Notes under the pieces: model-generated
What the model saw: only the letters and a program-made list of their open reading frames with translations
Told to the model about the DNA's origin: nothing
Database searches by the model: none
In this document: positions 17,389-26,348 of the stretch, piece after piece
Position numbering within the stretch: position 1 is the stretch's first letter
How the letters are laid out: every line of letters begins with the position of its first letter
Sequence record: KF147891.1
DNA: 64,000 bases
From: Pseudomonas phage PaBG
Reading direction: 5' to 3' (one strand)
Position numbers and translations under genes: made by a program

Positions 17389-18894
17389 TTACTCGTCGTC
17401 CGCTTCTTCGCTGATGTCATCGGCCTGACGGCCTTTGGTGTTCTCGGCCTTGATCGCCAACTTCAGGAGCTTGTAGCCTTCGCCGGAGCGAACTTGCTTA
17501 CGGCACCATTCGTACAGGCGGAACGGCTTGACCTTGAACTTGGTGCAGCCCTTCTTGATCAGATCGGGCGAACCATCGATCAGTGCCTTGAACTCGATCC
17601 ACGACACGGTCTTGCCTTCGAGCGGACCGGTGAGGAACTTGAGCTTCTTGCGATTGCCGCCGAGCTGCCCAGTGTTCTTGAGGTACTGATAGGCGTCCCA
17701 GACTCGGCAGAAGCCTTTCGCGTTACCATCGGCATCGCTCACGCAGATGCGCAGCGAAATCTCTGCGGCTTGCGGACCGCCGAGCTTGTTCTTGTGCACC
17801 TTGCATTTCAGGTAACGGTACTTGTCAACGCCTTCACCGGTGATGGTGTCTTCTTCCTCGAACTGGCCCTTGGCGTGGGGAACGCTGACCGAGGTCATCT
17901 TGAGGCGGCAGTCAGAGTAGAAACGCAGCGCCTTACCGCCAGGCTCTTGTTCGGTCGGGCCGTACATTGCCATGGGGATGTCACGCAACTGGTTGATGCC
18001 CAGTACGATGATCCGCTTGGAACGCATTGCACCCTTCACGCGCGGCAGGTTTGCAGCGTGCATACGAGCCTGGGCGCCGAGCGACTTGTCACCCTCGTCC
18101 TTATCGTCGGTCTGCTTCGGCACCATTGCCGGGTACGAGTCGACCAGCACGACGGCTTGGGGACTACCGTCGGGCATTTCGATTCGGAACTTGTTGGTCT
18201 TGCGGAAGTATTCCTTGTCGTACACACCGGCGAGTGCTTTCTGGTTCGCTTTGGTGTTCTCGTAGACGCAGTAGAACTTCCCGTTCTCCTGGATTTTGTC
18301 CGGGAGAATCTTTTCGAGCTTGGCGAGGTAGTTGTAGAAGTCCTCGCCGACCGACGGAGCGTAGTAACGAACGCGCGGTTGGATGACCCAGCCTTTGTCG
18401 TCCTTCACGCCGAACACGTTGTCAACGCTCAGACGCTTGCCGTGGTTCATGTAGCGGAAGATGTTCTCGGCGTAGTCGGCCTGGAACGAACCTTCGAAGT
18501 CGTGCAGCGACGCCTTGCCGTGGAACGTGCTGTCGGTTGCGATTGCACCCATGCACGTCGTGGCGAGCGTAGACTTACACGACTGCTCGCCGCCGAAGAA
18601 CGTGTACCAACCACCAGGCAGCAGGCCGCCAGCGAGTGCAACGTCGATGGAAAGCAGGCCAGTGGATAGGCGATCTTCCGATTCGCTAACCGCCATGGAG
18701 GTAAGGCCGAACTTCTTTTCCATGGAATCGATTTCGGCGTCGAGGTGAGCATACGGATCGAACGCAGCTACTGCCGTGTCGCCCTTCTTGCCTTTCTTCG
18801 CGGTACTCACGTCGATTTCGACATCACCGCCCTTGCCTTTGCCGCGCTTGCTCTTTGCGGGAGCGTCGGCTTCGGCCTTTTTCTTCTTTGCCAT
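17389..18894 (-). CDS. RecA/UvsX-family recombinase with Lys-rich N-terminal extension
   Basis: ATG at 18894 with a GGAGAT Shine-Dalgarno (the track start is GTG). LSTGLLSIDVALAGGLLPGGWYTFFGGEQSCKSTLA aligns with the RecA block [36 protein letters not shown]. The N-terminus reads MAKKKKAEADAPAKSKRGKGKGG. Confidence 0.75.
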   Translation of the reverse strand: MAKKKKAEADAPAKSKRGKGKGGDVEIDVSTAKKGKKGDTAVAAFDPYAHLDAEIDSMEKKFGLTSMAVSESEDRLSTGLLSIDVALAGGLLPGGWYTFFGGEQSCKSTLATTCMGAIATDSTFHGKASLHDFEGSFQADYAENIFRYMNHGKRLSVDNVFGVKDDKGWVIQPRVRYYAPSVGEDFYNYLAKLEKILPDKIQENGKFYCVYENTKANQKALAGVYDKEYFRKTNKFRIEMPDGSPQAVVLVDSYPAMVPKQTDDKDEGDKSLGAQARMHAANLPRVKGAMRSKRIIVLGINQLRDIPMAMYGPTEQEPGGKALRFYSDCRLKMTSVSVPHAKGQFEEEDTITGEGVDKYRYLKCKVHKNKLGGPQAAEISLRICVSDADGNAKGFCRVWDAYQYLKNTGQLGGNRKKLKFLTGPLEGKTVSWIEFKALIDGSPDLIKKGCTKFKVKPFRLYEWCRKQVRSGEGYKLLKLAIKAENTKGRQADDISEEADDE

Positions 18895-18946
18895 GTACGA
18901 ATCTCCGAAACGGGAACGGGTGGCCACATCGGCCACCCGCAGTCAC

Positions 18947-20158
18947 TTACTCGTCGTCATCATCCCAGGCAGATTTCTTGCCCTTGCCGGATTTCTTCGA
19001 CTTCTTGTCCTTGGTGGATTTGTCGGACTTGGACTTCTTGCCCTTGTCAGACTTCTTGGACTTCTTCGGAGCTTCGTCCTCGTCGTCATCAGACGATTTC
19101 TTGGACTTCTTGGCCTTCTTCTTGGGCTTGTCGTCCTCGTCATCATCGTCGTCCGACTTGGACTTGGACTTCTTGCCCTTCTTCTTGGGCTTGTCATCCT
19201 CGTCCTCGTCGTCATCATCGTCGCTGAACGCCGGCTTGGACTTTTTCTTCTTCTTGGGCTTGTCGTCTTCGTCGTCATCGTCATCGGAGAACGCTTTGGA
19301 CTTCTTCTTGCCCTTCTTGCCTTTCTTCGGCTCGTCATCGTCACCGAGACTGTAGCCGTCACCGTCGTCGTCATCGTCCGGAGTATCACCGCCGACGATT
19401 TCCATGCGCTTGAAGTCTTCCAGCGCTTGCTTGGCGTCCATGCGGCCGGTGACATCGAGCAGGGTTTCGTCGAGCTTCCAGACCAGATATGCCTTCTCGT
19501 CGTCGGTGAGCGGAGTGCGCTCGTCCTTGTCGATGGAATACTTGTCGGTACCCGGAGCCTTCGGCTTGAACTTGACACGAATGTCGCAGCCGTACTTCTC
19601 GTGCGTCACGTCGAACGCTTTCTTGGCGCCGGACTTCTTGTCCTTGGCGGTGTTGCCTTCGCCGATCTCTTGGATACGGCTCGCCATGGTGGAAGTGAAG
19701 CGGCAGACGCGCACCGGAGTCCAGGACTTCGAGCGGATGTCCTTGAAGCCGGACTTCTTCTCTTCCTTGGTGTGCTCTGCCTTCTTGCGCGGCTCATCTT
19801 CCTGCAGCTCGCGGATGATGGCGTTGCCCAGGTAGAAGAACTCGTAGCGAGCGCTGCCGTCCTTGCCGTGAGTCAGGTCGCAGTACGGGCACTTGACTTC
19901 TTTGCCCTTCGCGTCTTTGCGCGGCTCGCCTTCGTGGTTCGGGTCGAACGCGATGCAGTAGCGCGGGATGGTGATTTCTTTCTTTTCCTTACCAGCAAGG
20001 ATGCTGATCCAGTGACGCTTCACTGGCAGAATCTTGCCGGGCAGGCAACGAATCTGCGACCACTCGTCAGCCGGAAACTTGTGCAGTTCGATCACTTCAT
20101 CCAGCTTGACCGAATCCTTGTTACCGGTGCGTGGTTGGAGAGTTCCAAATCCACTCAT
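18947..20158 (-). CDS. gp32-like ssDNA-binding protein with long block-polyampholyte C-terminal tail
   Basis: The core reads IRCLPGK...RYCIAFDPNHEGEPRKDAKGKEVKCPYCDL, a C/H/C/C zinc motif with spacing like T4 gp32 (IRFLPSK...). The C-terminal roughly 170 aa alternate D5-8 blocks with K-rich blocks, for example DDDDDEDDKPKKKKKSKPAFSDDDDDEDEDDKPKKKGKK. Confidence 0.65.
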   Translation of the reverse strand: MSGFGTLQPRTGNKDSVKLDEVIELHKFPADEWSQIRCLPGKILPVKRHWISILAGKEKKEITIPRYCIAFDPNHEGEPRKDAKGKEVKCPYCDLTHGKDGSARYEFFYLGNAIIRELQEDEPRKKAEHTKEEKKSGFKDIRSKSWTPVRVCRFTSTMASRIQEIGEGNTAKDKKSGAKKAFDVTHEKYGCDIRVKFKPKAPGTDKYSIDKDERTPLTDDEKAYLVWKLDETLLDVTGRMDAKQALEDFKRMEIVGGDTPDDDDDGDGYSLGDDDEPKKGKKGKKKSKAFSDDDDDEDDKPKKKKKSKPAFSDDDDDEDEDDKPKKKGKKSKSKSDDDDDEDDKPKKKAKKSKKSSDDDEDEAPKKSKKSDKGKKSKSDKSTKDKKSKKSGKGKKSAWDDDDE

Positions 20159-20188
20159 GTTAGATAACTCCTGGGTTGAACACGTTAG

Positions 20189-21205
20189 TTATTGACAGTT
20201 TTCCTCTAGGGTGTGCTGGCGCATCAGTGCCAACTCGTCAGGAGTGAAGAACTCACCGATGTCAAGTGTGAGCCTAGCGACGCCTTCCCTATCTACTTCC
20301 TTGGCAAGCAACTGGACGAGCTGTTGCGACTCAAGCCGCTCGAAGTCCTCATCCATGACGTGACCGTCCGACAACGTAGAGTACAGCGTCCTCTCGTCAT
20401 CCTCGCCGGGCTTTTTCAGAGCGTCCAGAGAGACACTGAAATTAACCTCGGAGCTTTCGCCGACGGCTAGCTTACGCTTCTGCGATTGCGGCACGGTGTA
20501 CGCCACGCCGTATTCGTGATCTGCGCTGCAAGTTTGAGCATTGAGCACCCACCAGTTGATGTACGTGGTGAGCGCACCCTTGGACGAGTCGTACTTATCC
20601 AAGGCGACGACCATTGCTTTCAGGATCGATTGCTTTAGGTCGTGGAAGTCCAACTGTTGACCTTGGTTAGAGGTCATGTGGGACTTCGCTTGCGTGCTTG
20701 AGTGCCGCAAGTAGTTGTCTAGCGTCGCTGAACGGAACGCATAGAACTTTTCCAGGTAAGCCGATGCTTGAGTGACGATGCGGTACATGTCCGCACGCCG
20801 CGTAATGCCAGCACCGACATAAGCCATGTCGTCAACGGCCAGCTTGTTTTCATGGCTGGGGTCGACCATGAATCTTTGGTACGCCTGCAGAAAGCCTTGG
20901 TTGTCATCCAGAAAGCGCTTGATGAAACAATGGATGAACGAGCGTTCGATGCGGCAATCGCGGAACGTCCGAAACTTGAACGCACCGTCCGTGTGGGTGA
21001 GCACGGCGCACAGGTTCTCAACGAGTTCTTCGCGCGGGACCGACGACAGCTTGCGCTTGCGGTTCGTTGCGACGATTGTGAGGACGTGGGACACCTGTGA
21101 GTCAAACACGGAAGAGTACAGCATCAAAGGCTCAAGCGCCTTGTAGAGGAGCATGTCCATGACCTTCTGGATTTGTTCCCCAGTAAGGTTCTTGTCCATG
21201 CTCAT
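20189..21205 (-). CDS. phage sigma factor (sigma-70 family region 2-like)
   Basis: GALTTYINWWVLNAQ matches the sigma-70 region 2.2/2.3 signature (TYAxWWIRQ). 338 aa. Confidence 0.5.
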   Translation of the reverse strand: MSMDKNLTGEQIQKVMDMLLYKALEPLMLYSSVFDSQVSHVLTIVATNRKRKLSSVPREELVENLCAVLTHTDGAFKFRTFRDCRIERSFIHCFIKRFLDDNQGFLQAYQRFMVDPSHENKLAVDDMAYVGAGITRRADMYRIVTQASAYLEKFYAFRSATLDNYLRHSSTQAKSHMTSNQGQQLDFHDLKQSILKAMVVALDKYDSSKGALTTYINWWVLNAQTCSADHEYGVAYTVPQSQKRKLAVGESSEVNFSVSLDALKKPGEDDERTLYSTLSDGHVMDEDFERLESQQLVQLLAKEVDREGVARLTLDIGEFFTPDELALMRQHTLEENCQ

Positions 21206-21702
21206 TATCCAAGCAACTCCCGCAGTTCTTTCAACGACAGGTCGGCGTACAAGGTATCGTACAGCTTGATGTTCTGGTCAAGCGGAAGCGTTGGTTCGAT
21301 TCGTGGATCGTTACGTCGCTTCGGTGCGCCCTTTGGGGTTGGCAGGACAAACCCACCGCCGTTTCTAGTTTCAATCATCCTCGCGTAGTGATCGAAGTAG
21401 AGCATGACCCGATCGTGGCGTTCGCGCAACTGCACTTCTTCCTTGATCTTCTCGGCCAGCTTCTCTCGAAACTCCTCGACTTGTGCGCCCTTCTCCTGGT
21501 ACTGCCCGAGGAGCTTGATGTTGTTTGCGTTCACCTGTTCGAGGTTCGCGGCGACGCGCTGATTCTCGGCGATCAACGCTCGCGTCTGCTCGTTGGCTTC
21601 GGCCAGAGACGTAGCAATCCGCGCTTGACCCTCCTGCGCAATTTGCAGTTGAATCTGGAGCGCGGCAATCTTGATGTGCGGATTTTCTTGTGTGTCGCTC
21701 AT
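21205..21702 (-). CDS. hypothetical coiled-coil protein
   Basis: Start at MSDTQENPH, which is non-overlapping with the upstream gene. Q/E/A-rich heptads. Confidence 0.5.
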   Translation of the reverse strand: MSDTQENPHIKIAALQIQLQIAQEGQARIATSLAEANEQTRALIAENQRVAANLEQVNANNIKLLGQYQEKGAQVEEFREKLAEKIKEEVQLRERHDRVMLYFDHYARMIETRNGGGFVLPTPKGAPKRRNDPRIEPTLPLDQNIKLYDTLYADLSLKELRELLG

Positions 21703-21718
21703 GTTCGTGCATCCGTAG

Positions 21719-22375
21719 TTACAGGTTCTGCTCCAGAGCAATCTTGGCAAGCGCGATGATGTGCTTGCAGCAGCCTGGTGCCAGACGAGGGTTGGTGAAG
21801 TTGGGTGCTTCGCCGTTGGAGTAGATCAAGCGACTAGCACCGACCGATGCGTTGGCGTACTCGAAGACGTAGACGAAGTTTTCGCAGGTGCACTGTACCA
21901 GCACCTTGTTGTGTCGATTGACTGGTAGCTTGTCGTCGTCACCCATGCCGATGATGTACGTCTCGTGGACTCGGCGCACGCGATTCTGCCGCCAGACATC
22001 GTAGGTGACCATGTGGCCCATGATCACAGGACGATGCGTCTTGGTAAACTTGCGCTCAATCTTCTTGGCTTCAACGTCAACCGCATTGTTGATGAACAGA
22101 CGCGGAGTGGCACGAATCAGTTGACGCAGCGTCATGCCTTTCTTCGACGCAGCAGTCTCAGGCAGTTGTCGGACAGGCATTGCCTCCAAGCGCTTGAGCC
22201 TGTAAGGCATGCCGGACGCCAGACGTTCTTTCCCGGGCCGCTTCGATTTGAACACGACTGCCTTCTTCGACTTCATGCGCTCTTGCGTCTTCTCCGCGGT
22301 GCGCTTGGCATCGGACTTACGCCCTGAGGTGTTCTTGCGACTTTTGGCAAGCGGCTTGTACGGCTTCTTCGCCAT
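21719..22375 (-). CDS. SWIM-type zinc-finger protein with basic N-terminus
   Basis: A GGAGGTAGC Shine-Dalgarno. The C-terminus has CTCENF...GCCKHIIA, matching the SWIM pattern C-x-C-x(n)-C-x-H. Confidence 0.5.
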   Translation of the reverse strand: MAKKPYKPLAKSRKNTSGRKSDAKRTAEKTQERMKSKKAVVFKSKRPGKERLASGMPYRLKRLEAMPVRQLPETAASKKGMTLRQLIRATPRLFINNAVDVEAKKIERKFTKTHRPVIMGHMVTYDVWRQNRVRRVHETYIIGMGDDDKLPVNRHNKVLVQCTCENFVYVFEYANASVGASRLIYSNGEAPNFTNPRLAPGCCKHIIALAKIALEQNL

Positions 22376-22376
22376 G

Positions 22377-23102
22377 CTACCTCCGGCTCTTATGCTTGAA
22401 CTTCGTCTGGTTGAAGAACGACTCGGCCTTCTTGACCGTGGCTTGCAGCAGCAACTGGTTGCCGGTCAACAGGCGCGCACGCTTGAGAGTGTCGATAGTG
22501 GTGACCTCGCCGTTGGCTGCCATGAGCGGCGTTTCCAGTTCGGCGTCGAGCGTGCCTGCGTAACGAGTCTCGGCAAGTTCTTCAACCTCGTAAACCAAGC
22601 AGCAGGTGCTCAAGTCAACGATACCGACGCTCAACATCTGCGGACGAATGTCGGTGTAATCGACAGGACCTTCCCACGAGGTAAGGCCGAAGAAAGAGGT
22701 CTCGATCACCTCAGGTTCGCCTGTTTCTGCGCAGGTCGCCTGCTCACGGGTACTGAACGTGGCTTGCTTGTCGCGCAGAATGTCATGCAATACGGCATCT
22801 GGGAAGTAAGTCATCGACTCGAAGATGCGGCGCACCAAGGCACGGTCAGGCGGCGAGAACTTGCCGTCCATGAAAATGTGCAGGAGCTTCCCGTCGAAGT
22901 GCACCAGCTTTATGTAGCGATTGAAGATCGCGGTCAACGCCATGGTCGAATTGAGGTACGCACGCTCGTTGGTGCCCTCAATCAGGAATACGCTTTCGAG
23001 TCCGCGCTTTTGGCTTCTTTTCAGAGCCTCCTCGAACATGTGGTGCGGGAGGGCGAGTTCCCACAGAAGCGGCAGACAGGAAACGTTGGTATCGGCTTGC
23101 AT
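22377..23102 (-). CDS. hypothetical protein (start ambiguous)
   Basis: The ATG at 23102 has an AGGGA Shine-Dalgarno but would overlap the upstream gene by 125 nt. Alternative in-frame ATGs at 23039 and 22943 avoid most or all of the overlap but have no Shine-Dalgarno. Confidence 0.45.
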   Translation of the reverse strand: MQADTNVSCLPLLWELALPHHMFEEALKRSQKRGLESVFLIEGTNERAYLNSTMALTAIFNRYIKLVHFDGKLLHIFMDGKFSPPDRALVRRIFESMTYFPDAVLHDILRDKQATFSTREQATCAETGEPEVIETSFFGLTSWEGPVDYTDIRPQMLSVGIVDLSTCCLVYEVEELAETRYAGTLDAELETPLMAANGEVTTIDTLKRARLLTGNQLLLQATVKKAESFFNQTKFKHKSRR

Positions 23103-23775
23103 CTTCTACTATCCCTACGATCTTTGAATTTGGGCGTGCTCGCTGGACCGCGTCCAGAAATATGCACGAGGTGTCGAGTATGCGAGCATCTTCTGGAACG
23201 CCGAGCCCATCGAAAAATGGCTGCAGGTCCTTTACTCGCATACGCGGCAGCGATCCGGTATTCAACCCAACGACCGCTTTGTAGACGACCCCGTCATAGA
23301 CTTCCTCTCGGAATCGCAGGGGCTCATCCTTTATTTGCACTGGAGTGAATCGGTTGTGGGTTTCAAACCCGGCCAGCTTAGCCTGATACAACACGGTAGC
23401 CAGATCGACCACGTCAACAACAAACACTGCCTGACCGTCTGGCTTCAACAGCCGAAGCAAGTGCTGGAAAATCTCCATACGCTGCGTTCGCCAACCAAGA
23501 GGTGACAGTTGGTGAGACGTGGCGAATAGGTCGTACTCAGGATACGCGAACACGAGGTCCAGTGGACGCTTCAAGTGCTCAAGCACGTCGTACAGGTTAT
23601 GGTGAATCACCTTTAGCCGATCGCCGACGAGCAACTGTCTTGGGTTAGTAACTCGGAAGCTGGTACGAGAAACGACCCAGCCGTTGTGCTCACCGCAACG
23701 AGATATTACGGGAACGTCATCGCAGGTGTAGCATCCACAGCTATAGAAGTTGCGCATCGGCCATACGTCCATCAC
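22978..23775 (-). CDS. class-I methyltransferase-like protein with noncanonical motif IV
   Basis: DLVFAYPEY resembles the DNA MTase motif IV D-L-I-F-T-S-P-P-Y with PP replaced by PE, and LLRLLKPDGQAVFVV is a typical SAM-fold strand. The N-terminus has Cys pairs (CGCYTCDD...CGEH). Confidence 0.3.
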   Translation of the reverse strand: MMDVWPMRNFYSCGCYTCDDVPVISRCGEHNGWVVSRTSFRVTNPRQLLVGDRLKVIHHNLYDVLEHLKRPLDLVFAYPEYDLFATSHQLSPLGWRTQRMEIFQHLLRLLKPDGQAVFVVDVVDLATVLYQAKLAGFETHNRFTPVQIKDEPLRFREEVYDGVVYKAVVGLNTGSLPRMRVKDLQPFFDGLGVPEDARILDTSCIFLDAVQRARPNSKIVGIVEDASRYQRFLSAASVGTRPPAPHVRGGSEKKPKARTRKRIPD

Positions 23776-24179
23776 TTCAACTCAGCTTCCGGCGCATCGA
23801 GGTCATGGTCTGCCGTGATGCCGCCGTCAGTCGTCATCGCGTGCGCAGGCACAACATCCGGGTTTTCTGCAACCACGTTCTTTGCGAACGGGTGCTGTAT
23901 TTCGCCGCGAGAGTACGCCTGCATCTTGGCGACAAAATCTCCGAAGGCGGCAATCACGTCAGGCTTTACTTGCTGGATGGCTTTGATTTCGATGAAGTTT
24001 GCGTCGGCCAGTGTGTAGCCGTAGCCGAGAGAGTCCAGATCGAAGGCAGCCACGAAGCAGTACGTTGGACCGCTGGGGTCTTGGAAATGGACCACTGTGT
24101 ACGTGGCCGAGCGAAACTCCTCGACTTGTGCTTTCAACTCAAGAGCTTGGGCCACCATCTCCCGATGGGTTGGAATCAT
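23772..24179 (-). CDS. hypothetical protein
   Basis: Start at MIPTHREMVAQ with a GGAGGG Shine-Dalgarno; it overlaps the upstream gene by 41 nt. Confidence 0.45.
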   Translation of the reverse strand: MIPTHREMVAQALELKAQVEEFRSATYTVVHFQDPSGPTYCFVAAFDLDSLGYGYTLADANFIEIKAIQQVKPDVIAAFGDFVAKMQAYSRGEIQHPFAKNVVAENPDVVPAHAMTTDGGITADHDLDAPEAELK

Positions 24180-24900
24180 GTTTTCCCTCCAAGGCGTAGA
24201 GCCTGCGAGTAGAACTTTCGGAAGAGGCTGCAAACGTCACCAGATACTGCGACGTGACGGCAGCCGCTATTTGATCGTATGCGTTTACAGTTATTGCCAG
24301 ATGCTTGGCGTCGATGTTCAGCGCCTGTGCCATAGCACTGCAAAGGGCAGTGCGCGTGACGAGCTGTGGCTTTCCGTCCTGCGGCGCAAATCCAGCAACG
24401 ACATCCAGAATTTTCTCACCCTGCGGATGGGCAAAGATGTTGCGCATGATTGCAGAGTTGGACCCATCGTAGATGAGCGACCAAGCGTACTCGTAGGCGT
24501 ACTCCAGCGGTTGAACCAGCTGGTCACCTACAGCACGATCTGGGAACATGCGCAGGCCGAGGTCGTCGATATGGTTGATCAGGGATTCGATGAAGGAGAG
24601 TTCGACACGCGCCATGTCCAAGCACGGCTGTGCGATGATAAAGCGGGCGTCTGTTTCGAGAACAAAAGCCTCGGCCTGCAACTTGTTGGCCTGAGTGTCT
24701 TTGTTGTTCTGATAGTCGCGTATGGTCGCCTTGGCGTTAATCACCTTGGCCTGTGCGCGCTTCTGCTCAGCGAAGGCAGCGGCGATGGCGAACTGTCGGT
24801 CTTCTCGAAGTTCGTGGAGAATGCGATATGCTTCATCGATGATGAAGGCTTGGCCGAAAGACACGGCGTATATTTCGTACAGCGAGTGTTTCCAGTTCAT
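24139..24900 (-). CDS. hypothetical protein
   Basis: Start at MNWKHSLYEIY with a GGTGGG Shine-Dalgarno. The track start lies inside the terminator hairpin. Confidence 0.5.
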   Translation of the reverse strand: MNWKHSLYEIYAVSFGQAFIIDEAYRILHELREDRQFAIAAAFAEQKRAQAKVINAKATIRDYQNNKDTQANKLQAEAFVLETDARFIIAQPCLDMARVELSFIESLINHIDDLGLRMFPDRAVGDQLVQPLEYAYEYAWSLIYDGSNSAIMRNIFAHPQGEKILDVVAGFAPQDGKPQLVTRTALCSAMAQALNIDAKHLAITVNAYDQIAAAVTSQYLVTFAASSESSTRRLYALEGKHDSNPSGDGGPSS

Positions 24901-24923
24901 GCTTTGGTACCCACCATAAACAG

Positions 24924-24964
24924 AAAAAGCGCGCCTACTTACTTTCGTGTTGGGCGCGCTTTTT
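24924..24964. terminator. bidirectional rho-independent terminator
   Basis: AAAAAGCGCGCCtacttactttcgtgttGGGCGCGCTTTTT: a GC stem flanked by an A-run and a T-run. Confidence 0.55.
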
Positions 24965-24995
24965 CTATGCTTCAATCACCGGCGCACGCCGACGA

Positions 24996-25604
24996 TCAAT
25001 CCAGGTCGTCGAAGTCCTCGAAGTCGTCATCCGACTTCGACTTCTTGTCCGCCTTCTTGGACTTCTTGCCTTCGGCTTTTTCAGCCTTGGCCTTCTTGGC
25101 TTTCTTGTCCTTCTTGGACTCGGCCTTGGCCGACTTGTCGGACTTCTTGCCTTCGGCTTTCTCGGCCTTGGCTTTCTTGTCCTTCTTCACCGGCTTGTCG
25201 GCCTTCTCGGCTTTCTTGGACTTCTTGCTGTCGCCCTTGTCAGCCTTGGCTTTCTTGCCTTCGGCCTTCTCGGCCTTGGCCTTCTTGTCGGACTTCTTGC
25301 CTTCGCCCTTGGCCGGCTTGTCAGCCTTCTCGGCTTTCTTGGACTTCTTGCCCTCGGCTTTCTCGGCCTTGGCTTTCTTGTCCTTCTTGGCCGGCTTGTC
25401 AGCCTTGGCCTTCGCCGGAGCGGCGGCGCCGTCAGCAGTCAGCTTCTCGACGGCCTTGATCTGGGCTTGGGTGCCTTTCAGGCTTTCCTGCGCGGTCTTG
25501 AGCGCTTTCTCCAGGGCAGCAACGGTGCCCTTGGCAGCACGTTCTTCCTTACGCAGGCGGGAAACTTCCTGCTTCTTGTTGATGAGTACGTCGTTCTTGG
25601 CCAT
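24996..25604 (-). CDS. histone H1-like lysine-rich protein (coiled-coil N-terminus, KAEKAEGKKSKK repeats, acidic C-terminus)
   Basis: Start at MAKNDVLINKK. Roughly 150 aa carry repeated AKAEKAEGKKSKK units, and the protein ends DDDFEDFDDLD. Confidence 0.6.
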   Translation of the reverse strand: MAKNDVLINKKQEVSRLRKEERAAKGTVAALEKALKTAQESLKGTQAQIKAVEKLTADGAAAPAKAKADKPAKKDKKAKAEKAEGKKSKKAEKADKPAKGEGKKSDKKAKAEKAEGKKAKADKGDSKKSKKAEKADKPVKKDKKAKAEKAEGKKSDKSAKAESKKDKKAKKAKAEKAEGKKSKKADKKSKSDDDFEDFDDLD

Positions 25605-25793
25605 GTTCTTCGATTCCAGATTTGGAGGAGTAAAGGGAGCTGCTTCTATGAGCACCCGACTTGTTGAGCAACTATGAATTAGCGTGCTCAGATTTTACGA
25701 CCGAGACGCAAACTTTGTTTACGCCTCGGGTGACGCTTAGGAAGGTGCGGCCGCTCGCATGTTGCTAGGCCGCGCGCCTACCGGGCCGAGGTA

Positions 25794-26246
25794 TCAGTCG
25801 AAGTCTTCTTCGTCTTCTTCGTCTTCTTCCTCGTCGTCGTCTTCTTCTTCCTCGTCGTCCTCGTCCTCGTCCTCGTCGTCGTCCTCGTCGTCGTCATCTT
25901 CCTCGTCGTCGTCTTCTTCTTCCTCGTCGTCTTCCTCGTCGTCCTCGTCCTCGTCGTCTTCTTCCTCGTCGTCCTCGTCGTCGTCCTCGTCTTCTTCTTC
26001 CTCGTCGTCCTCGTCCTCGTCGTCTTCTTCCTCGTCGTCCTCGTCTTCTTCTTCCTCGTCGGACTCATCGTCCTCCTCGGTCACGTCGGGAGCCTGCTCG
26101 GCGACGAGTGCGATGGCCTCGTCGATGGTGTCGGCACCGGCTTCCTTCATCTGTTGCAGCAGCGAGAGCAGCGCGATGGCCAGGCCGGCGGTCAGGTCGA
26201 AGTTGATTTCTTTGGCTTTGGACTTGGTGGATTTCTTCTTGGCCAT
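25794..26246 (-). CDS. poly-acidic protein (about 100-residue Asp/Glu tract)
   Basis: Start at MAKKKSTKSKAKEINFD with a TGGAG Shine-Dalgarno. A short helical domain is followed by a continuous D/E tract encoded by a roughly 270-bp (GAN)n trinucleotide run. Confidence 0.6.
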   Translation of the reverse strand: MAKKKSTKSKAKEINFDLTAGLAIALLSLLQQMKEAGADTIDEAIALVAEQAPDVTEEDDESDEEEEDEDDEEEDDEDEDDEEEEDEDDDEDDEEEDDEDEDDEEDDEEEEDDDEEDDDDEDDDEDEDEDDEEEEDDDEEEDEEDEEDFD

Positions 26247-26348
26247 GATGGGCTCCAATTGAGTGAGTTGTTTCGAGTTTCACGTTCGAGCAGCCACAGC
26301 GCTCGTTGCAGTGGCTGTTTACACTTTTGTAAGACCGCAGATCAGGGC

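Noticed and set aside
22978-23102. Programmed frameshift as the explanation for the 125-nt gene overlap
   Set aside because: No slippery heptamer or downstream pseudoknot was found in the overlap. Alternative downstream start codons or a sequence error are simpler explanations.
25800-26060. Roughly 270-bp (GAN)n / (TCN)n trinucleotide repeat, initially considered a microsatellite or CRISPR-like array
   Set aside because: It is in frame within an ORF with a good Shine-Dalgarno and encodes a continuous D/E tract. There are no spacer-repeat alternations.
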